Source: Escherichia phage SD2
Sequence record: PQ821640
DNA length: 64,000 bases
Direction: 5' to 3' (one strand)
Translations under genes and position numbers: made by a program
Notes under the pieces: generated by a model
Database searches by the model: none
Seen by the model: only the letters and a program-made list of their open reading frames with translations
Told to the model about the DNA's origin: nothing
Part shown: piece by piece, positions 44,468 to 54,491 of the stretch
Position numbering within the stretch: position 1 is the stretch's first letter
How the letters are laid out: each line of letters opens with the position of its first letter

Positions 44468-44935
44468 ATGAGCGAAAAACCAGTGAGAGCTTCCACAATA
44501 TTGGAAGCATACCTGCAATGCGTTGTAGATTACGTCAAGAGAAACTCCAGCCTACTGGACGTCTACCGTGCAGATGATGGCGATGTTGGTATTGTCTATG
44601 TGAAACACACTTTATCCGCGCGTAATGAGGTTTTCCGTGCAAGTATGTTAGGGTGTGATCGTGTTCGTGTGAACTATTTAGACCCGAACTATCGCCATGC
44701 TCTTGAAGATATTGAAGATTATCTTCCTCGCTGCCCGACAGGTAATGCAAAAGTGGCAGAAGAAGCCCCACAAGGTGTTGATTATCGTGTAGCCTTGTGG
44801 AAAAAGGCACGTCAACTACAAGTGCTGAATGAAATGAAAGAAGAGATTGAAAAAGAACTGAAAGAAGATTTTGGTATGCTTCCAAAAGACGCTTTGAAAT
44901 GGTATGATGAACTAGGAGGAGAAAGTTATGAATAA
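44468..44935 (+). CDS. hypothetical protein (first gene of small-gene operon)
   Basis: ORF track 155 aa; RBS GGGGAGG. Confidence 0.6.
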   Translation: MSEKPVRASTILEAYLQCVVDYVKRNSSLLDVYRADDGDVGIVYVKHTLSARNEVFRASMLGCDRVRVNYLDPNYRHALEDIEDYLPRCPTGNAKVAEEAPQGVDYRVALWKKARQLQVLNEMKEEIEKELKEDFGMLPKDALKWYDELGGESYE

Positions 44936-45104
44936 AGGAACTACTGTATATTTAGTGACTAAGAACACCCCAGGTTGGAATCAGTGCACAACAACTCCGT
45001 ATAAGATTTGTGCAACATTGGAACTAGCACGACGTGCAGAAGCAGAAGTTGATGCTATGCGATACAGCTATGGTGAAATCATTCCTTTTACTCTTCAACA
45101 ATAA
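44928..45104 (+). CDS. small hypothetical protein (~58 aa)
   Basis: Manual ORF overlapping upstream stop (ATGAATAA); approximate. Confidence 0.4.
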   Translation: MNKGTTVYLVTKNTPGWNQCTTTPYKICATLELARRAEAEVDAMRYSYGEIIPFTLQQ

Positions 45105-45115
45105 GGATTTGTGTA

Positions 45116-45568
45116 ATGTTTGAAATTGGTAAAGTGTATCGTTTTAAGAACGCATCTTATATCCGTAAGTTTGCTAATATGTCTGAGTGCAATAGCAGGA
45201 TTGCTTCTTTCTTAGGTGATTCCTATTTTCGTGTATTAGATGTGGATGACTGGTATGGTGTCACTGCTTTGCAATCCTTAGCAGGAGAACAAGAAATTAT
45301 CGCTCAAAATGAAGGAGACTTTCTTCAGTGTTACACGTTGCTTGCAAAAAGTGAGTTTGAATACTTTGTAGAAGTATTAGAAGAAGCACCAAAAAGTAAA
45401 CACGAAGAGAAATACCTGCTTGTAGTGGATGGAGTTCCGATCATGGAAACCATCTCCCGTGAGGAAGTTGAAAAAGAGGCAAAACGTTACAAACTGGATC
45501 GTACACAGAGTGTAGTCGAAGTCTATTCTCTTGTTGGTGTTGCAGATATTAATGTGACCATTGTATAA
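45116..45568 (+). CDS. hypothetical protein
   Basis: ORF track 150 aa. Confidence 0.55.
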   Translation: MFEIGKVYRFKNASYIRKFANMSECNSRIASFLGDSYFRVLDVDDWYGVTALQSLAGEQEIIAQNEGDFLQCYTLLAKSEFEYFVEVLEEAPKSKHEEKYLLVVDGVPIMETISREEVEKEAKRYKLDRTQSVVEVYSLVGVADINVTIV

Positions 45569-45616
45569 TATATATGTAATGACAGATACATTCTTCGTGT
45601 ATCTGATAAGTCTCCT

Positions 45617-45784
45617 ATGTTTGACTGGCGGGGCTGGTGGCTACTGGCTCCGATGCAAGGTCTGACTGACGTGGAAAAGGAGGCTTATGTGTATACAAAA
45701 GAAGAGATAGAAGATAGCCTTTATTTGACAGATAATATTAAGAATGGTATCTTTGAGTGTAAATTGAAAGGAGAGGAAGAATGA
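45617..45784 (+). CDS. small hypothetical protein (~55 aa)
   Basis: Manual ORF ending in ATGA overlap with next gene; no clear RBS; approximate. Confidence 0.3.
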   Translation: MFDWRGWWLLAPMQGLTDVEKEAYVYTKEEIEDSLYLTDNIKNGIFECKLKGEEE

Positions 45785-46080
45785 CTGTTACAGAAAAACT
45801 GCGCTGTATTGCAAAGCAAAGTGGGGAAGGCTTATGGTTTCCTATTGATGAAGTTATTCAAGACTGTTATGATCAGGCAAAAACTGGCAAATACTCCAAG
45901 GCATTTAAACCATCTGTTTTCGGTTTGGATGACTACCCGACAAATGAACAAGCAAAGAAACGTCAAGTTGATTTGATTGATCTTGCTATGGAAGCACTAC
46001 GAGAGCGTGGACTTAGTAAGGTGTATGCTTTAAACACCAAAGAAGGTTTTGTAGATTCAGTGATCGTAGACTGGCATTAA
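45781..46080 (+). CDS. hypothetical protein
   Basis: ORF track 99 aa; RBS AAAGGAGAGG. Confidence 0.55.
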   Translation: MTVTEKLRCIAKQSGEGLWFPIDEVIQDCYDQAKTGKYSKAFKPSVFGLDDYPTNEQAKKRQVDLIDLAMEALRERGLSKVYALNTKEGFVDSVIVDWH

Positions 46081-46089
46081 GGAGAAGCC

Positions 46090-46458
46090 ATGCAAGAGAA
46101 TAATAAAGTGTGTAACATGAAAAGCAGCCCCTATTTGCTACAATTTTATGAGTGGTGGTTGGAACAAGAAGATACAAACTTTAGCAAAAAGCATTATGGT
46201 CTTTGCACGTGTCTTGTAGACTTCTTATACAACATTGCTTGGATAAAAGATGTTGAGAATGTAGCAAACCTTCAAGCCTCTGTACGAGAGGAAATGAAGG
46301 AACAGTTTAAGAAAGCAGGTTTGAACCATTTACATCCATTTAATACAGATTTCTCACATTACTTTACAGAAACAGAGTTAGGCATTGCACACCTTAACAA
46401 AGAACGTGTACAATGGGTGATTGATCGTATTCGTGATATGGAGAAATACAATGGTTAA
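46090..46458 (+). CDS. hypothetical protein (paralog of 47082 product N-terminal domain)
   Basis: Shared LLQFY, LHPFN, HLNKERVQWV motifs. Confidence 0.55.
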   Translation: MQENNKVCNMKSSPYLLQFYEWWLEQEDTNFSKKHYGLCTCLVDFLYNIAWIKDVENVANLQASVREEMKEQFKKAGLNHLHPFNTDFSHYFTETELGIAHLNKERVQWVIDRIRDMEKYNG

Positions 46459-46669
46459 GTTTAAAACTTTCTGTGCAATCTCTGTTTGTCTTATTCTTGC
46501 ATACGTGTTATTCTCTGGTATCATTCGTTTAGGTGATCATATGGCAAGAGAAGCTCGTGAAAGTGAAGCTAAAAAAGAACAGTGTATTGTGTTCAAGCAT
46601 CAAAGAAATGCTGAAAAGTTTCTCGCACTTGATTGCAATCGTTATGTATCTTATCAAATGTATGAGTAA
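46451..46669 (+). CDS. small membrane protein (paralog of 51160 product)
   Basis: Start at MVKFKTF; TM segment plus C..KH...AE.FL...C..Y pattern shared with 51160-51384. Confidence 0.45.
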   Translation: MVKFKTFCAISVCLILAYVLFSGIIRLGDHMAREARESEAKKEQCIVFKHQRNAEKFLALDCNRYVSYQMYE

Positions 46670-46678
46670 GGAGGATTT

Positions 46679-46903
46679 ATGGTAAAACGTCTGGAATGGG
46701 ATGCGTGTACTGCTCACGCTTGTCACTGCGATATTGTGGAAGATCCTAATGGAGAAATGGTGTATTATGAGAACTACGAAGCATTGCACAATGCTGTGAT
46801 TGCTTTGCTGGATGATATTAGCTCACGCTACCCAGGACAACAATTCACGTGTCCACATATTCAACTGTTAGCCAAACTTACGGAGTATCCAAGTGTTCCA
46901 TAA
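46679..46903 (+). CDS. hypothetical protein
   Basis: ORF track 74 aa; RBS AAGGAGGA. Confidence 0.55.
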   Translation: MVKRLEWDACTAHACHCDIVEDPNGEMVYYENYEALHNAVIALLDDISSRYPGQQFTCPHIQLLAKLTEYPSVP

Positions 46904-46904
46904 T

Positions 46905-47072
46905 ATGGGTGTCCCTGAACAACTACTCTTTATTGTAGGACTAGTAGGCTTATTGGCGGCTGGAGCTAAAGCCGCTTCTCACACGCGTCACATAATGTTA
47001 AGATTTCTATTCCTGCTCCCTTCTATCCTCGTACTACTAGTCATACTGATCGATAACATTTTTCACAATTAA
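46905..47072 (+). CDS. small membrane protein (~55 aa)
   Basis: Manual ORF MGVPEQLLFIVGLVGLLAAG...; approximate. Confidence 0.35.
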   Translation: MGVPEQLLFIVGLVGLLAAGAKAASHTRHIMLRFLFLLPSILVLLVILIDNIFHN

Positions 47073-47081
47073 GGAGAGGTC

Positions 47082-47666
47082 ATGAGTAAAATTATACCAA
47101 GCAGTTATGAATTATTGCAGTTTTATGTATATTATATAGACTGGGTTACTAGATCGAATGTTAAAGACAATGCGATGTTTAGTAAAAGCATCTGTTTAAC
47201 GGAAAGTATCTTCCGTTATTGGCACACAGGCAGAAAGTGTACACACAGTGAAGCTATGCGCATTGTAGGTGAATACCTGGAGCAATTGCAAAAAGCAGAA
47301 CTTCCTGTCCTTCACCCATTCAACGAATCTAAAGAAGAATTAGAACAAGAGTGTAGGGAAGGTAAGTGCCATTTGAATAAAAAACGTATTGAATGGGTAA
47401 GGCAACGTTTAGCCGATGCAGGAAAGACTCCTAGTGACTCTGACTATACGTGGTACGATGTAGAGGGTTTAGTTCAAGGTTTTGAGGCTTGTGCTATAGA
47501 TAATACCAACTTTGCCAAAATTTTATGCGAGGTTTATGATCTGGCAGATAAAATCCGAAATCAAGGATGGAAACAAGAGCATAAAGAATCATATGAACGT
47601 CTTGACAAGATTTTCAAACAGATCTATTCTAACCACAAAGAGATGTTCCAAATGGAGGATGTGTAA
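47082..47666 (+). CDS. hypothetical protein
   Basis: ORF track 194 aa; RBS AAGGAGAGG. Confidence 0.55.
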   Translation: MSKIIPSSYELLQFYVYYIDWVTRSNVKDNAMFSKSICLTESIFRYWHTGRKCTHSEAMRIVGEYLEQLQKAELPVLHPFNESKEELEQECREGKCHLNKKRIEWVRQRLADAGKTPSDSDYTWYDVEGLVQGFEACAIDNTNFAKILCEVYDLADKIRNQGWKQEHKESYERLDKIFKQIYSNHKEMFQMEDV

Positions 47667-48349
47667 TGAAAGAGATTATGTTTGAAGGTCATCGTTACGA
47701 AGTCCCAGACAATGCAAATTTCATGGCTCGTGATATCACTGGAGATGTGTTCTGGTTTGAAGATGAACCTGTGTTTTCGAACAAACACTGGTTTTCACAA
47801 CAATCTTCTTCTGAAAATATGACTTTTGGCTACGTAGAACCTAAAGTCTGTTGCAGAGCAGCTTCTTCTTTGGTAAAAATTTCCCAGGATGATCAAGAAA
47901 ATACTCCAGATGTTGTTAGTGCACTACTGAAGTACATTGCAGAACTTGAGAAGAAAATTAAAGAAGCAGAAACTAAGGTGAAAGCACGATCAGCAATCAT
48001 TGAAGCTATGTCTGAACGTATTTTAGAACTAGAAGATTTGTGTGGAGAGGCTTATCAAGTGGTTGGTGCACTGGCTTGTGAAGCACAAATGTTTGAAACT
48101 TCAGAGCAAGTTTCACATATGTTAGATAATTTAAGTGAATGTAAAATGATTCATGATGATGTATTGCCATTCTGTTGCAATGTTAACAAAACAGAGCAAA
48201 CAGAAGATTCAGAAACAGTTTATGTTCCGCTAATGTGTGTTCCAGATCATCTAAAAGGTGTATTCTCTTGTAAATGGTCACTGTTGAGCGTTACTAATTG
48301 TGGTGAAAACTATTCTGCTAACATTGAATTGCTAAAACACGTTAAATAA
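47666..48349 (+). CDS. hypothetical protein
   Basis: ORF track 227 aa. Confidence 0.55.
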   Translation: MKEIMFEGHRYEVPDNANFMARDITGDVFWFEDEPVFSNKHWFSQQSSSENMTFGYVEPKVCCRAASSLVKISQDDQENTPDVVSALLKYIAELEKKIKEAETKVKARSAIIEAMSERILELEDLCGEAYQVVGALACEAQMFETSEQVSHMLDNLSECKMIHDDVLPFCCNVNKTEQTEDSETVYVPLMCVPDHLKGVFSCKWSLLSVTNCGENYSANIELLKHVK

Positions 48350-48359
48350 GGAGAGTAAG

Positions 48360-48764
48360 ATGTGGTCTGTTAAAATCAAATATAATGCGCAGTATTATGG
48401 TGGAAAACCTTACGAAGTTGTTATTTGTGATTGTATCTCTAAAGACGTTGCACAGCTTTGTGGCGCTGGTGTTAGTGAAGCTATGAACAAAATGCATAAT
48501 TCTACTGTGCGTTTCCTGGATCGGGATATTCCAGAAGATGTAAATGACTATGGTTACGAAGTTATTTACAGTGAAGGTAAGAAGCTCTCTATTGAAGATG
48601 CACTTAAAGCACTACCTGCTATGTGCAACCCGACACCAGAAGCAGTTAAAGAGATTTTACCAGAATCCAACCCCGATGAATATGCTTCTATGGTTGCTTC
48701 AGATATGTGGAATCTCTGTCGAGAAACTATGATTAAAAATCTTGTGGAGATGGCACATGAGTAA
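48360..48764 (+). CDS. hypothetical protein
   Basis: ORF track 134 aa; RBS AAGGAGAG. Confidence 0.55.
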   Translation: MWSVKIKYNAQYYGGKPYEVVICDCISKDVAQLCGAGVSEAMNKMHNSTVRFLDRDIPEDVNDYGYEVIYSEGKKLSIEDALKALPAMCNPTPEAVKEILPESNPDEYASMVASDMWNLCRETMIKNLVEMAHE

Positions 48765-48975
48765 AACGCACTTTATACATCCGTTTGATCCAAAGAACAA
48801 GGCGGTCATACACCGCCGTTGGACTGAAACGCGCATTACAAAATGTCCTGTGCCAGCAGCACAGGAATATAACAAAACATATAAAGCAGAATTCGTGGAG
48901 TACACCTTTGTGAATAACAAAGGGAAGGAGGTTTATGTTCCAGAATACTGCCTTTGGATAAAATGGGAGGAATAA
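48757..48975 (+). CDS. hypothetical protein
   Basis: Track frame, start at MSKTHF. Confidence 0.45.
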   Translation: MSKTHFIHPFDPKNKAVIHRRWTETRITKCPVPAAQEYNKTYKAEFVEYTFVNNKGKEVYVPEYCLWIKWEE

Positions 48976-49142
48976 TGCAAACATTTTTTATCGACAAGTT
49001 CAACAAAAATATGAACACGTGGATGGCAACATTCACTATGCAATTTGCGTCATTTAAAGAGGCTCAAGAATGGTGCGATCAACACAAGGATTTTGATTTT
49101 TACTATCAAATTAATCCAAATCTCTCTCCAGAGGAGAAATAA
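48975..49142 (+). CDS. small hypothetical protein
   Basis: Track frame, start at MQTFFID after GGAGG. Confidence 0.45.
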   Translation: MQTFFIDKFNKNMNTWMATFTMQFASFKEAQEWCDQHKDFDFYYQINPNLSPEEK

Positions 49143-49143
49143 T

Positions 49144-49488
49144 ATGTTGGCTGATATTGAAATCCTTATGTACCGACAAGGTATGATCAAGATGTGGCTG
49201 GATTCTTTTAGCAACATATACTGCACAGTGCGATCAGCAGAGGAGCGTAAAACGCTTATTTTATCTGCTATTATTGATAAACAACGTTTCTTCAAAGAAG
49301 TTTTGCAAACAGGATTCTCCGATGCAGGAGTAGAGATTGCAACTCTTAGTCTTGGGGTGCTGTCTTACTTGGAGTCCGTTGTTTTATATGTCTTCTCTTT
49401 AGAAGAAGACTTGCAATTGGAAGCATTAAAACTTATTCTAAATGCTGCAATTGACATAGAACAAAATCGAATTGATTCTTTTGAATAA
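49144..49488 (+). CDS. hypothetical protein
   Basis: Track frame, start at MLADIE. Confidence 0.5.
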   Translation: MLADIEILMYRQGMIKMWLDSFSNIYCTVRSAEERKTLILSAIIDKQRFFKEVLQTGFSDAGVEIATLSLGVLSYLESVVLYVFSLEEDLQLEALKLILNAAIDIEQNRIDSFE

Positions 49489-49504
49489 AAATAAGGAGAA
49501 AACT

Positions 49505-49963
49505 ATGCAAGAGGTTAAACATTATCCACATGGTCGTAGTTTTGTAGCTGTATGGCATGTTCCTGCTCGTAATGAACTGTTTTGTGCATCTTTTCATTAT
49601 AAAGATGGACAATATTTCACCTATGACGAAACGATGGATGATTTTATCCCAGAGTGCGATCATGGGTATACACCAATGTTCTTTAAACGTATGAAAGCTC
49701 GTTTCTTCGTTACAGATGTTGATGGTGAACCTACTTGGCACATCGAAGAAGATTGGCAATATTCTGTGGATATTAAAGAAGCCCCAGAATGGGCTACACT
49801 GCTGGTACACGTCAAAACCCCTACCCTTGACGTTATGGCGTGGGTTAATCATGATGATACCCATTTCCAATACATAAATAGTAGCACAGAAATTTCTGGT
49901 GAGATTATTGGTCGTTGGAAACCTACGAATCAGGTTGCTATTGTTGGATATAAGACAGTATAA
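49505..49963 (+). CDS. hypothetical protein
   Basis: Track frame, start at MQEVKH after AAGGAGAA. Confidence 0.55.
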   Translation: MQEVKHYPHGRSFVAVWHVPARNELFCASFHYKDGQYFTYDETMDDFIPECDHGYTPMFFKRMKARFFVTDVDGEPTWHIEEDWQYSVDIKEAPEWATLLVHVKTPTLDVMAWVNHDDTHFQYINSSTEISGEIIGRWKPTNQVAIVGYKTV

Positions 49964-49964
49964 T

Positions 49965-50159
49965 ATGAAAAATAGCGTAGACTGGGATGATTTATCCGAT
50001 TTTGAAAAATGGTTCTTAGGTAGTGGTTGTTATGCAGATGGGGATCTCGAAAGAGATCCTTCTGGAAACTACACTATGCCATTAACCCAAGGTTTTTATG
50101 AGTGCTGGTGCGCAGCACAAGACAACGTACTGAATAAGGAGACAACACAATGCAATTAA
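49965..50159 (+). CDS. hypothetical protein
   Basis: Track frame, start at MKNSVD. Confidence 0.45.
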   Translation: MKNSVDWDDLSDFEKWFLGSGCYADGDLERDPSGNYTMPLTQGFYECWCAAQDNVLNKETTQCN

Positions 50160-50389
50160 ACATCGGACAACCAATTTTTGATGCAGATACTGGTCAATAT
50201 GCAGTAATTGTTGCTCGTATGAGCGGTGATGATTTTATTGTTTCAGAACTACTTGAATCAGATCCGCAACTGCGCGTAGTATGTGACCTATATCTTCGAG
50301 ACGAAAGTGATCGCATTGCACTGAAAGAAGATGGTATGCTCTACTACACCTGGACTAGAGATCCTGGGGTAACGGAGGTAGAGGTATAA
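50150..50389 (+). CDS. hypothetical protein
   Basis: ORF track 79 aa. Confidence 0.5.
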   Translation: MQLNIGQPIFDADTGQYAVIVARMSGDDFIVSELLESDPQLRVVCDLYLRDESDRIALKEDGMLYYTWTRDPGVTEVEV

Positions 50390-50688
50390 TGGTAAGGAAC
50401 AGGGGTTTACATAAAAGAAGACACCTTACTTACTGGCATCGTAAAGTACATGAACCTGTATCAAAGAAAGAATGGCAATACCTGCCTTATGGAAAGGAGC
50501 GAAGAAAGTATTTGTTAGCTCATTTAAGGGTACATGGTTCGCTTCCTGTTAACAGTAAGTGGCAATTGCAAACAGCTTATGACGAAGATATGAAATATTT
50601 GTTAAAGAGAGGCATTATTTGCCTTGTTAAGATAGGGCGATGGAAATCTCGTCAATCCTATATCGTACTTAAACAGGAGAAACCATGA
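50389..50688 (+). CDS. hypothetical basic protein
   Basis: ORF track 99 aa. Confidence 0.5.
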   Translation: MVRNRGLHKRRHLTYWHRKVHEPVSKKEWQYLPYGKERRKYLLAHLRVHGSLPVNSKWQLQTAYDEDMKYLLKRGIICLVKIGRWKSRQSYIVLKQEKP

Positions 50689-50936
50689 ATATCAAAGATG
50701 TTGTAGCATACGTAGCAGATGAAGTTAAAAACCATACAAGTTTACTGAAAGTAATGGTTGTGGTTAAAAATGGCATTGGACAAGTAAACGTACAACATGT
50801 CTTATCTGATACTGTATATAATGTGTTTGAATGTAAAGACACACCTCATGGAGTACGTGTGGTGTATATTGATAACAATTTCAAAGAGTGTGTGAGACAT
50901 ACCTTAAAAAATGAGCTAAGGATCACAACCTTATGA
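50685..50936 (+). CDS. hypothetical protein
   Basis: ORF track 83 aa. Confidence 0.5.
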   Translation: MNIKDVVAYVADEVKNHTSLLKVMVVVKNGIGQVNVQHVLSDTVYNVFECKDTPHGVRVVYIDNNFKECVRHTLKNELRITTL

Positions 50937-51106
50937 GTTATTATGTTGTACCTTATGCCAATAAGTGGAGAGTAAGAGAAACTTGTTTTCTATTCTCCTG
51001 GTGGGCTACATTCGGAGATGGTTGTGGAAATGATACAGGAAAGCCTGTAGAGTATGACACAAAAGAAGAATGTGAACAGTGGATAAAATTAACACAAAGA
51101 TGTTGA
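50933..51106 (+). CDS. small Cys-containing protein (~57 aa)
   Basis: Manual ORF MSYYVVPYANKW...; approximate. Confidence 0.35.
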   Translation: MSYYVVPYANKWRVRETCFLFSWWATFGDGCGNDTGKPVEYDTKEECEQWIKLTQRC

Positions 51107-51159
51107 CACGATCTTAACTTCTTGTTAGTATCAATGTGTACTAACGATAAGGAGGGTTT

Positions 51160-51384
51160 ATGAAGTCTGTAAACAAGTTGCAACAATTTTTGTTATCAAC
51201 AGCAATCTTTTTGCTTTTGTTAATTGGTATTCTGTATGGTGCATCTAACTTATACAATCTACACAACAATGTAGAACATAACATAGAGAAGTGCACCATT
51301 CTAAAACACAATAAACAAGCAGAAGATTTCTTAAAGAATAAATGTTACAACTACATTGATTATGAGGAGACAAATAATGATTAA
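51160..51384 (+). CDS. small membrane protein (paralog of 46451 product)
   Basis: ORF track 74 aa; RBS AAGGAGGG. Confidence 0.5.
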   Translation: MKSVNKLQQFLLSTAIFLLLLIGILYGASNLYNLHNNVEHNIEKCTILKHNKQAEDFLKNKCYNYIDYEETNND

Positions 51385-51619
51385 AGAATTAGGCATGCGA
51401 GTATACAGTGAGTGGACTCCAAGCAATGGCCCAGGAGTTGTTGCAGCTAAGTGTATCAATGGTCGTATTGAGTACCTGGAAGGTTATGAAGATAATGAAG
51501 AGTTAGTAGATTATGCTAAATCTTTTATTGAAGATGATACAGACTTTATTGTATTATATGATACAGGAGAGTTAGAGTATGGATATGATGGAGATGGGGA
51601 TATCTTTGAACTTCAATAA
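51377..51619 (+). CDS. hypothetical acidic protein
   Basis: Start at MIKELG after GAGGAG. Confidence 0.5.
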   Translation: MIKELGMRVYSEWTPSNGPGVVAAKCINGRIEYLEGYEDNEELVDYAKSFIEDDTDFIVLYDTGELEYGYDGDGDIFELQ

Positions 51620-51663
51620 GAGTAGTAAGTAAGATATAAAGAGTGTATAGTTAGTAACATTAC

Positions 51664-51760
51664 ATATACTCTTTCCATGTATAACATGGAATATTCTCTA
51701 CCTCGCTATCGCTCGGTATATAAGATTAGGGTAGCATGTTTTTTACGAAAAGTAAAACTG
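51664..51760 (+). repeat. conserved noncoding element, copy B
   Basis: Shares hairpin + CTCGCTATCGCTCGG + TTAGGGTAGCATGTTTTTT + GAAAAGT with 26294-26413. Confidence 0.5.
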
Positions 51761-51814
51761 TTTGTACCGATTGATAGCAGGTTTTTAATAGATTTTATCT
51801 ATGAGGAGTAGAAA

Positions 51815-52033
51815 TTGTACAAATTATATAAAGCAAAAGATAAGTTTACGGGTAATACATCTGGTTTCTATGTAACACCTCGTGGTGTTGCTGTGTTCGA
51901 TTGGATCTCTGGTACTCCAGATCGTGAAATGATCTCTCTTGTAAAACTGTCGGAACAAGAGTACACTTACGGTGACATTACAACATTCTATTCTCGTGCA
52001 GAAAATCCAAAACTGATCGCGGAGTGGGAATAA
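51815..52033 (+). CDS. hypothetical protein (TTG start)
   Basis: ORF track 72 aa; TTG start after GAGGAG. Confidence 0.45.
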   Translation: MYKLYKAKDKFTGNTSGFYVTPRGVAVFDWISGTPDREMISLVKLSEQEYTYGDITTFYSRAENPKLIAEWE

Positions 52034-52296
52034 TGGTTACACGATATGGCTTAGAGGTGTACAGCCAAGGTGCTGCTGGTCAGTGTGATATTGTACCAGA
52101 TCCAGAAGGGGATTATGTTCTTCTTGCTGATTACAATAAGCTAGAAGAAAGACTTCTGGCTGTGTATGCTAAAGAAAACAAAACAATCTGCCCTTATTGC
52201 AGTGGAATGGGTTGGGTGGTTGCAGATGTTGGACAAATGTACGAATGTGTGCCTTGTAAAACCACAGGATTTATTGAAAAGGATACTGACAAATGA
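52024..52296 (+). CDS. hypothetical protein with C-terminal CxxC...CxxC
   Basis: ORF track 90 aa. Confidence 0.5.
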   Translation: MGIMVTRYGLEVYSQGAAGQCDIVPDPEGDYVLLADYNKLEERLLAVYAKENKTICPYCSGMGWVVADVGQMYECVPCKTTGFIEKDTDK

Positions 52297-52541
52297 CTGT
52301 AGCAGATAAAATGAGAGAACTGGCAGAAAACGCAGAACTTAACAAAGCAAAGGATAGTCTACAAAATATCTACTCGTATATTGAGAGAGCAGCTAAAGAT
52401 GGAGACAGAGAAGTTGCTATATATACGCTTTATCCAACTTTTGTAAAAGTTAACTTGGATGCTGAAGGTTTTTCAACTTTTATTGATACAGAAACATCTC
52501 ATTACGACGAAAACTTTACTCGAATAGTTATTCGATGGTAA
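52293..52541 (+). CDS. hypothetical protein
   Basis: ORF track 82 aa. Confidence 0.5.
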   Translation: MTVADKMRELAENAELNKAKDSLQNIYSYIERAAKDGDREVAIYTLYPTFVKVNLDAEGFSTFIDTETSHYDENFTRIVIRW

Positions 52542-52646
52542 ATTTCTGACATTTATACGCCCTGGCTACCTGGGCGTAATAAATTCAGCTTATATTTGAT
52601 CCGCGCCTTCGGCGCTTAGGCAAAGCCACGCCACACAGGAGGGTTT

Positions 52647-53057
52647 ATGTTCAAATGGTTAAAAGGGTTTCTAACATCTTTGGCAGAACCTAAGCAAGAT
52701 GTTATTAAAAGCTCTATCACAGGAAAACCGCTTGTTATAGTCACAGGCGGCTTTGGTCATGGGTTTTCTCTTAAACAAACAGATATAGGTTTACAGGGGT
52801 GTCTGATTAGCTTTAGAATCACTCAATTAGGAGATAATAGACAAACAATCTTAGATCTTTTCAATGGGGAGTTTGATGATTATTTATCTAAGAGGGATAA
52901 AGAACGTCTGATCGAGCATATAAAACACCGCTATGAGCGTGGTGGTTACTATTTAGAGACAAAACGTAATTCACAAGGTGATCTTGACATAGTTAGCATA
53001 GCGTGGGATAATGAATTTAAAACTAAACTTGGTAAACTTCTGGAGGAGTTATGGTAA
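52647..53057 (+). CDS. hypothetical protein
   Basis: ORF track 136 aa; RBS CAGGAGGG. Confidence 0.55.
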   Translation: MFKWLKGFLTSLAEPKQDVIKSSITGKPLVIVTGGFGHGFSLKQTDIGLQGCLISFRITQLGDNRQTILDLFNGEFDDYLSKRDKERLIEHIKHRYERGGYYLETKRNSQGDLDIVSIAWDNEFKTKLGKLLEELW

Positions 53058-53233
53058 ATATTAAAACAGGTGATATTGTACGTCTTGCCAGCGAAGAAAT
53101 GTTAATGACTGTAATGGTATCTACTTACGATACTTGCGAAGTGGTGTGGTTTGATGTTAATGAGCAACTACAGAAAGCTACATTTGATAAACGTATGCTT
53201 CGTAAAGTTGAAGAAGTGAAGGAGGAAGAATAA
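53051..53233 (+). CDS. hypothetical protein
   Basis: ORF track 60 aa. Confidence 0.45.
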   Translation: MVNIKTGDIVRLASEEMLMTVMVSTYDTCEVVWFDVNEQLQKATFDKRMLRKVEEVKEEE

Positions 53234-53234
53234 T

Positions 53235-53447
53235 ATGGGAATGTTGCTTCGTGTTTTTGTGTTTCTTATGTTCTGGATTATCGTTGGTAACGGTATTGTA
53301 TTTTTGATTTTTCCTGAAGTGATGACAGGTAATGAAAATAAGGCAGTGCCTTACATTATGCTTATCGGTTACGGTATTGGTACACTTGGACTACTGTTTG
53401 CTGATTGGTTAATCAATACTTTGTTCTCTAAGTACAGGAACAACTAA
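53235..53447 (+). CDS. small membrane protein
   Basis: ORF track 70 aa, two TM segments. Confidence 0.5.
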   Translation: MGMLLRVFVFLMFWIIVGNGIVFLIFPEVMTGNENKAVPYIMLIGYGIGTLGLLFADWLINTLFSKYRNN

Positions 53448-53448
53448 T

Positions 53449-53721
53449 ATGTCGGAAAACTTACCTAATGTTTTCTTTTGTTTTGTAGATGGTGTTACAC
53501 AAGAAATTATAGTTGACGAAGAAGGTATGTTTACTTATTTTGCATCTGAAGAAGAGGCAAAACTATCAGCTATGAAATGTATAAGCCAAATGTCAGTACC
53601 TGCTGTCAACAGGTTCGGTATTGCCCAGGTGTATAAAACAGTAACAGAGTTTACACCAGATCGAAAACTAACTTTTCTTAACGTTCACTTTGTTTGTAAG
53701 TTTAGTGAACTACGACATTAA
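53449..53721 (+). CDS. hypothetical protein
   Basis: ORF track 90 aa. Confidence 0.5.
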   Translation: MSENLPNVFFCFVDGVTQEIIVDEEGMFTYFASEEEAKLSAMKCISQMSVPAVNRFGIAQVYKTVTEFTPDRKLTFLNVHFVCKFSELRH

Positions 53722-53735
53722 AAGCAGGAGTAAAA

Positions 53736-54335
53736 ATGAAAGAATATTGGAGTGGTGAGAAGGGCTTGCTAAAGCCAGGGATGCTTTTGCGAGTAAAGAA
53801 CATGTTGATCACACAAGATTACATAATGCCTAATCCTGGAGCATTAGTAGAATTCCTTACTGCGCGAGATCAACCTGGGGTTGGTGAAATGTGGATTGTA
53901 ACGTGGATATCTCTCGATAGTAAATTGCGCGTTGCTCCTATTGACCCAAAACACTTGGAATCTCCTTACGCCAGCATTGATTCTCGGATCATAGATTTGG
54001 CTAGAGTTTATAAAGCTAGGACTGGTGTAGAATTAGATGTAGAAATTTTAAATCAATGTATTGACTTCTTACCTGAAAAAGTGCATAATGCACAACAAGA
54101 AGATAGCAGTTTAGAAGTTATTCTTCTGAATGATGGGATGTTCTCTGGTTTAGCATCTGTAGATTTTCCAATAACATTAAGATTGTTACCTGGAGAATAC
54201 GTACTGGATGAAGATACTATTGCTATATCCTCTAAAATTTTAGAACTCATTCCAGGTGCAAGGTGTGTTGGTGATACATCTTCCTTGCTGTTTACTCTGA
54301 ATGAAGAAGCCGTTATAGTTAAAAAGGAGAAGTAA
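53736..54335 (+). CDS. hypothetical protein
   Basis: ORF track 199 aa; RBS AGCAGGAG. Confidence 0.55.
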   Translation: MKEYWSGEKGLLKPGMLLRVKNMLITQDYIMPNPGALVEFLTARDQPGVGEMWIVTWISLDSKLRVAPIDPKHLESPYASIDSRIIDLARVYKARTGVELDVEILNQCIDFLPEKVHNAQQEDSSLEVILLNDGMFSGLASVDFPITLRLLPGEYVLDEDTIAISSKILELIPGARCVGDTSSLLFTLNEEAVIVKKEK

Positions 54336-54336
54336 A

Positions 54337-54441
54337 TGATGACGTTTATTGTTGGTGTTGTTGTTGGTTATTTTGGTCACAAGTATCAGGATGTTATCAT
54401 CGCTAAAGTTGACGAAGTAATCGAAAAATTTAAACACTAAT
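54337..54441 (+). CDS. tiny membrane peptide (~34 aa)
   Basis: Manual ORF MMTFIVGVVVGYFG...; approximate. Confidence 0.3.
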
Positions 54442-54491
54442 TTTCTAAAAGGCTGTACTATTGTGCAGCCTATCTTTCAAAGGAGAGTAAA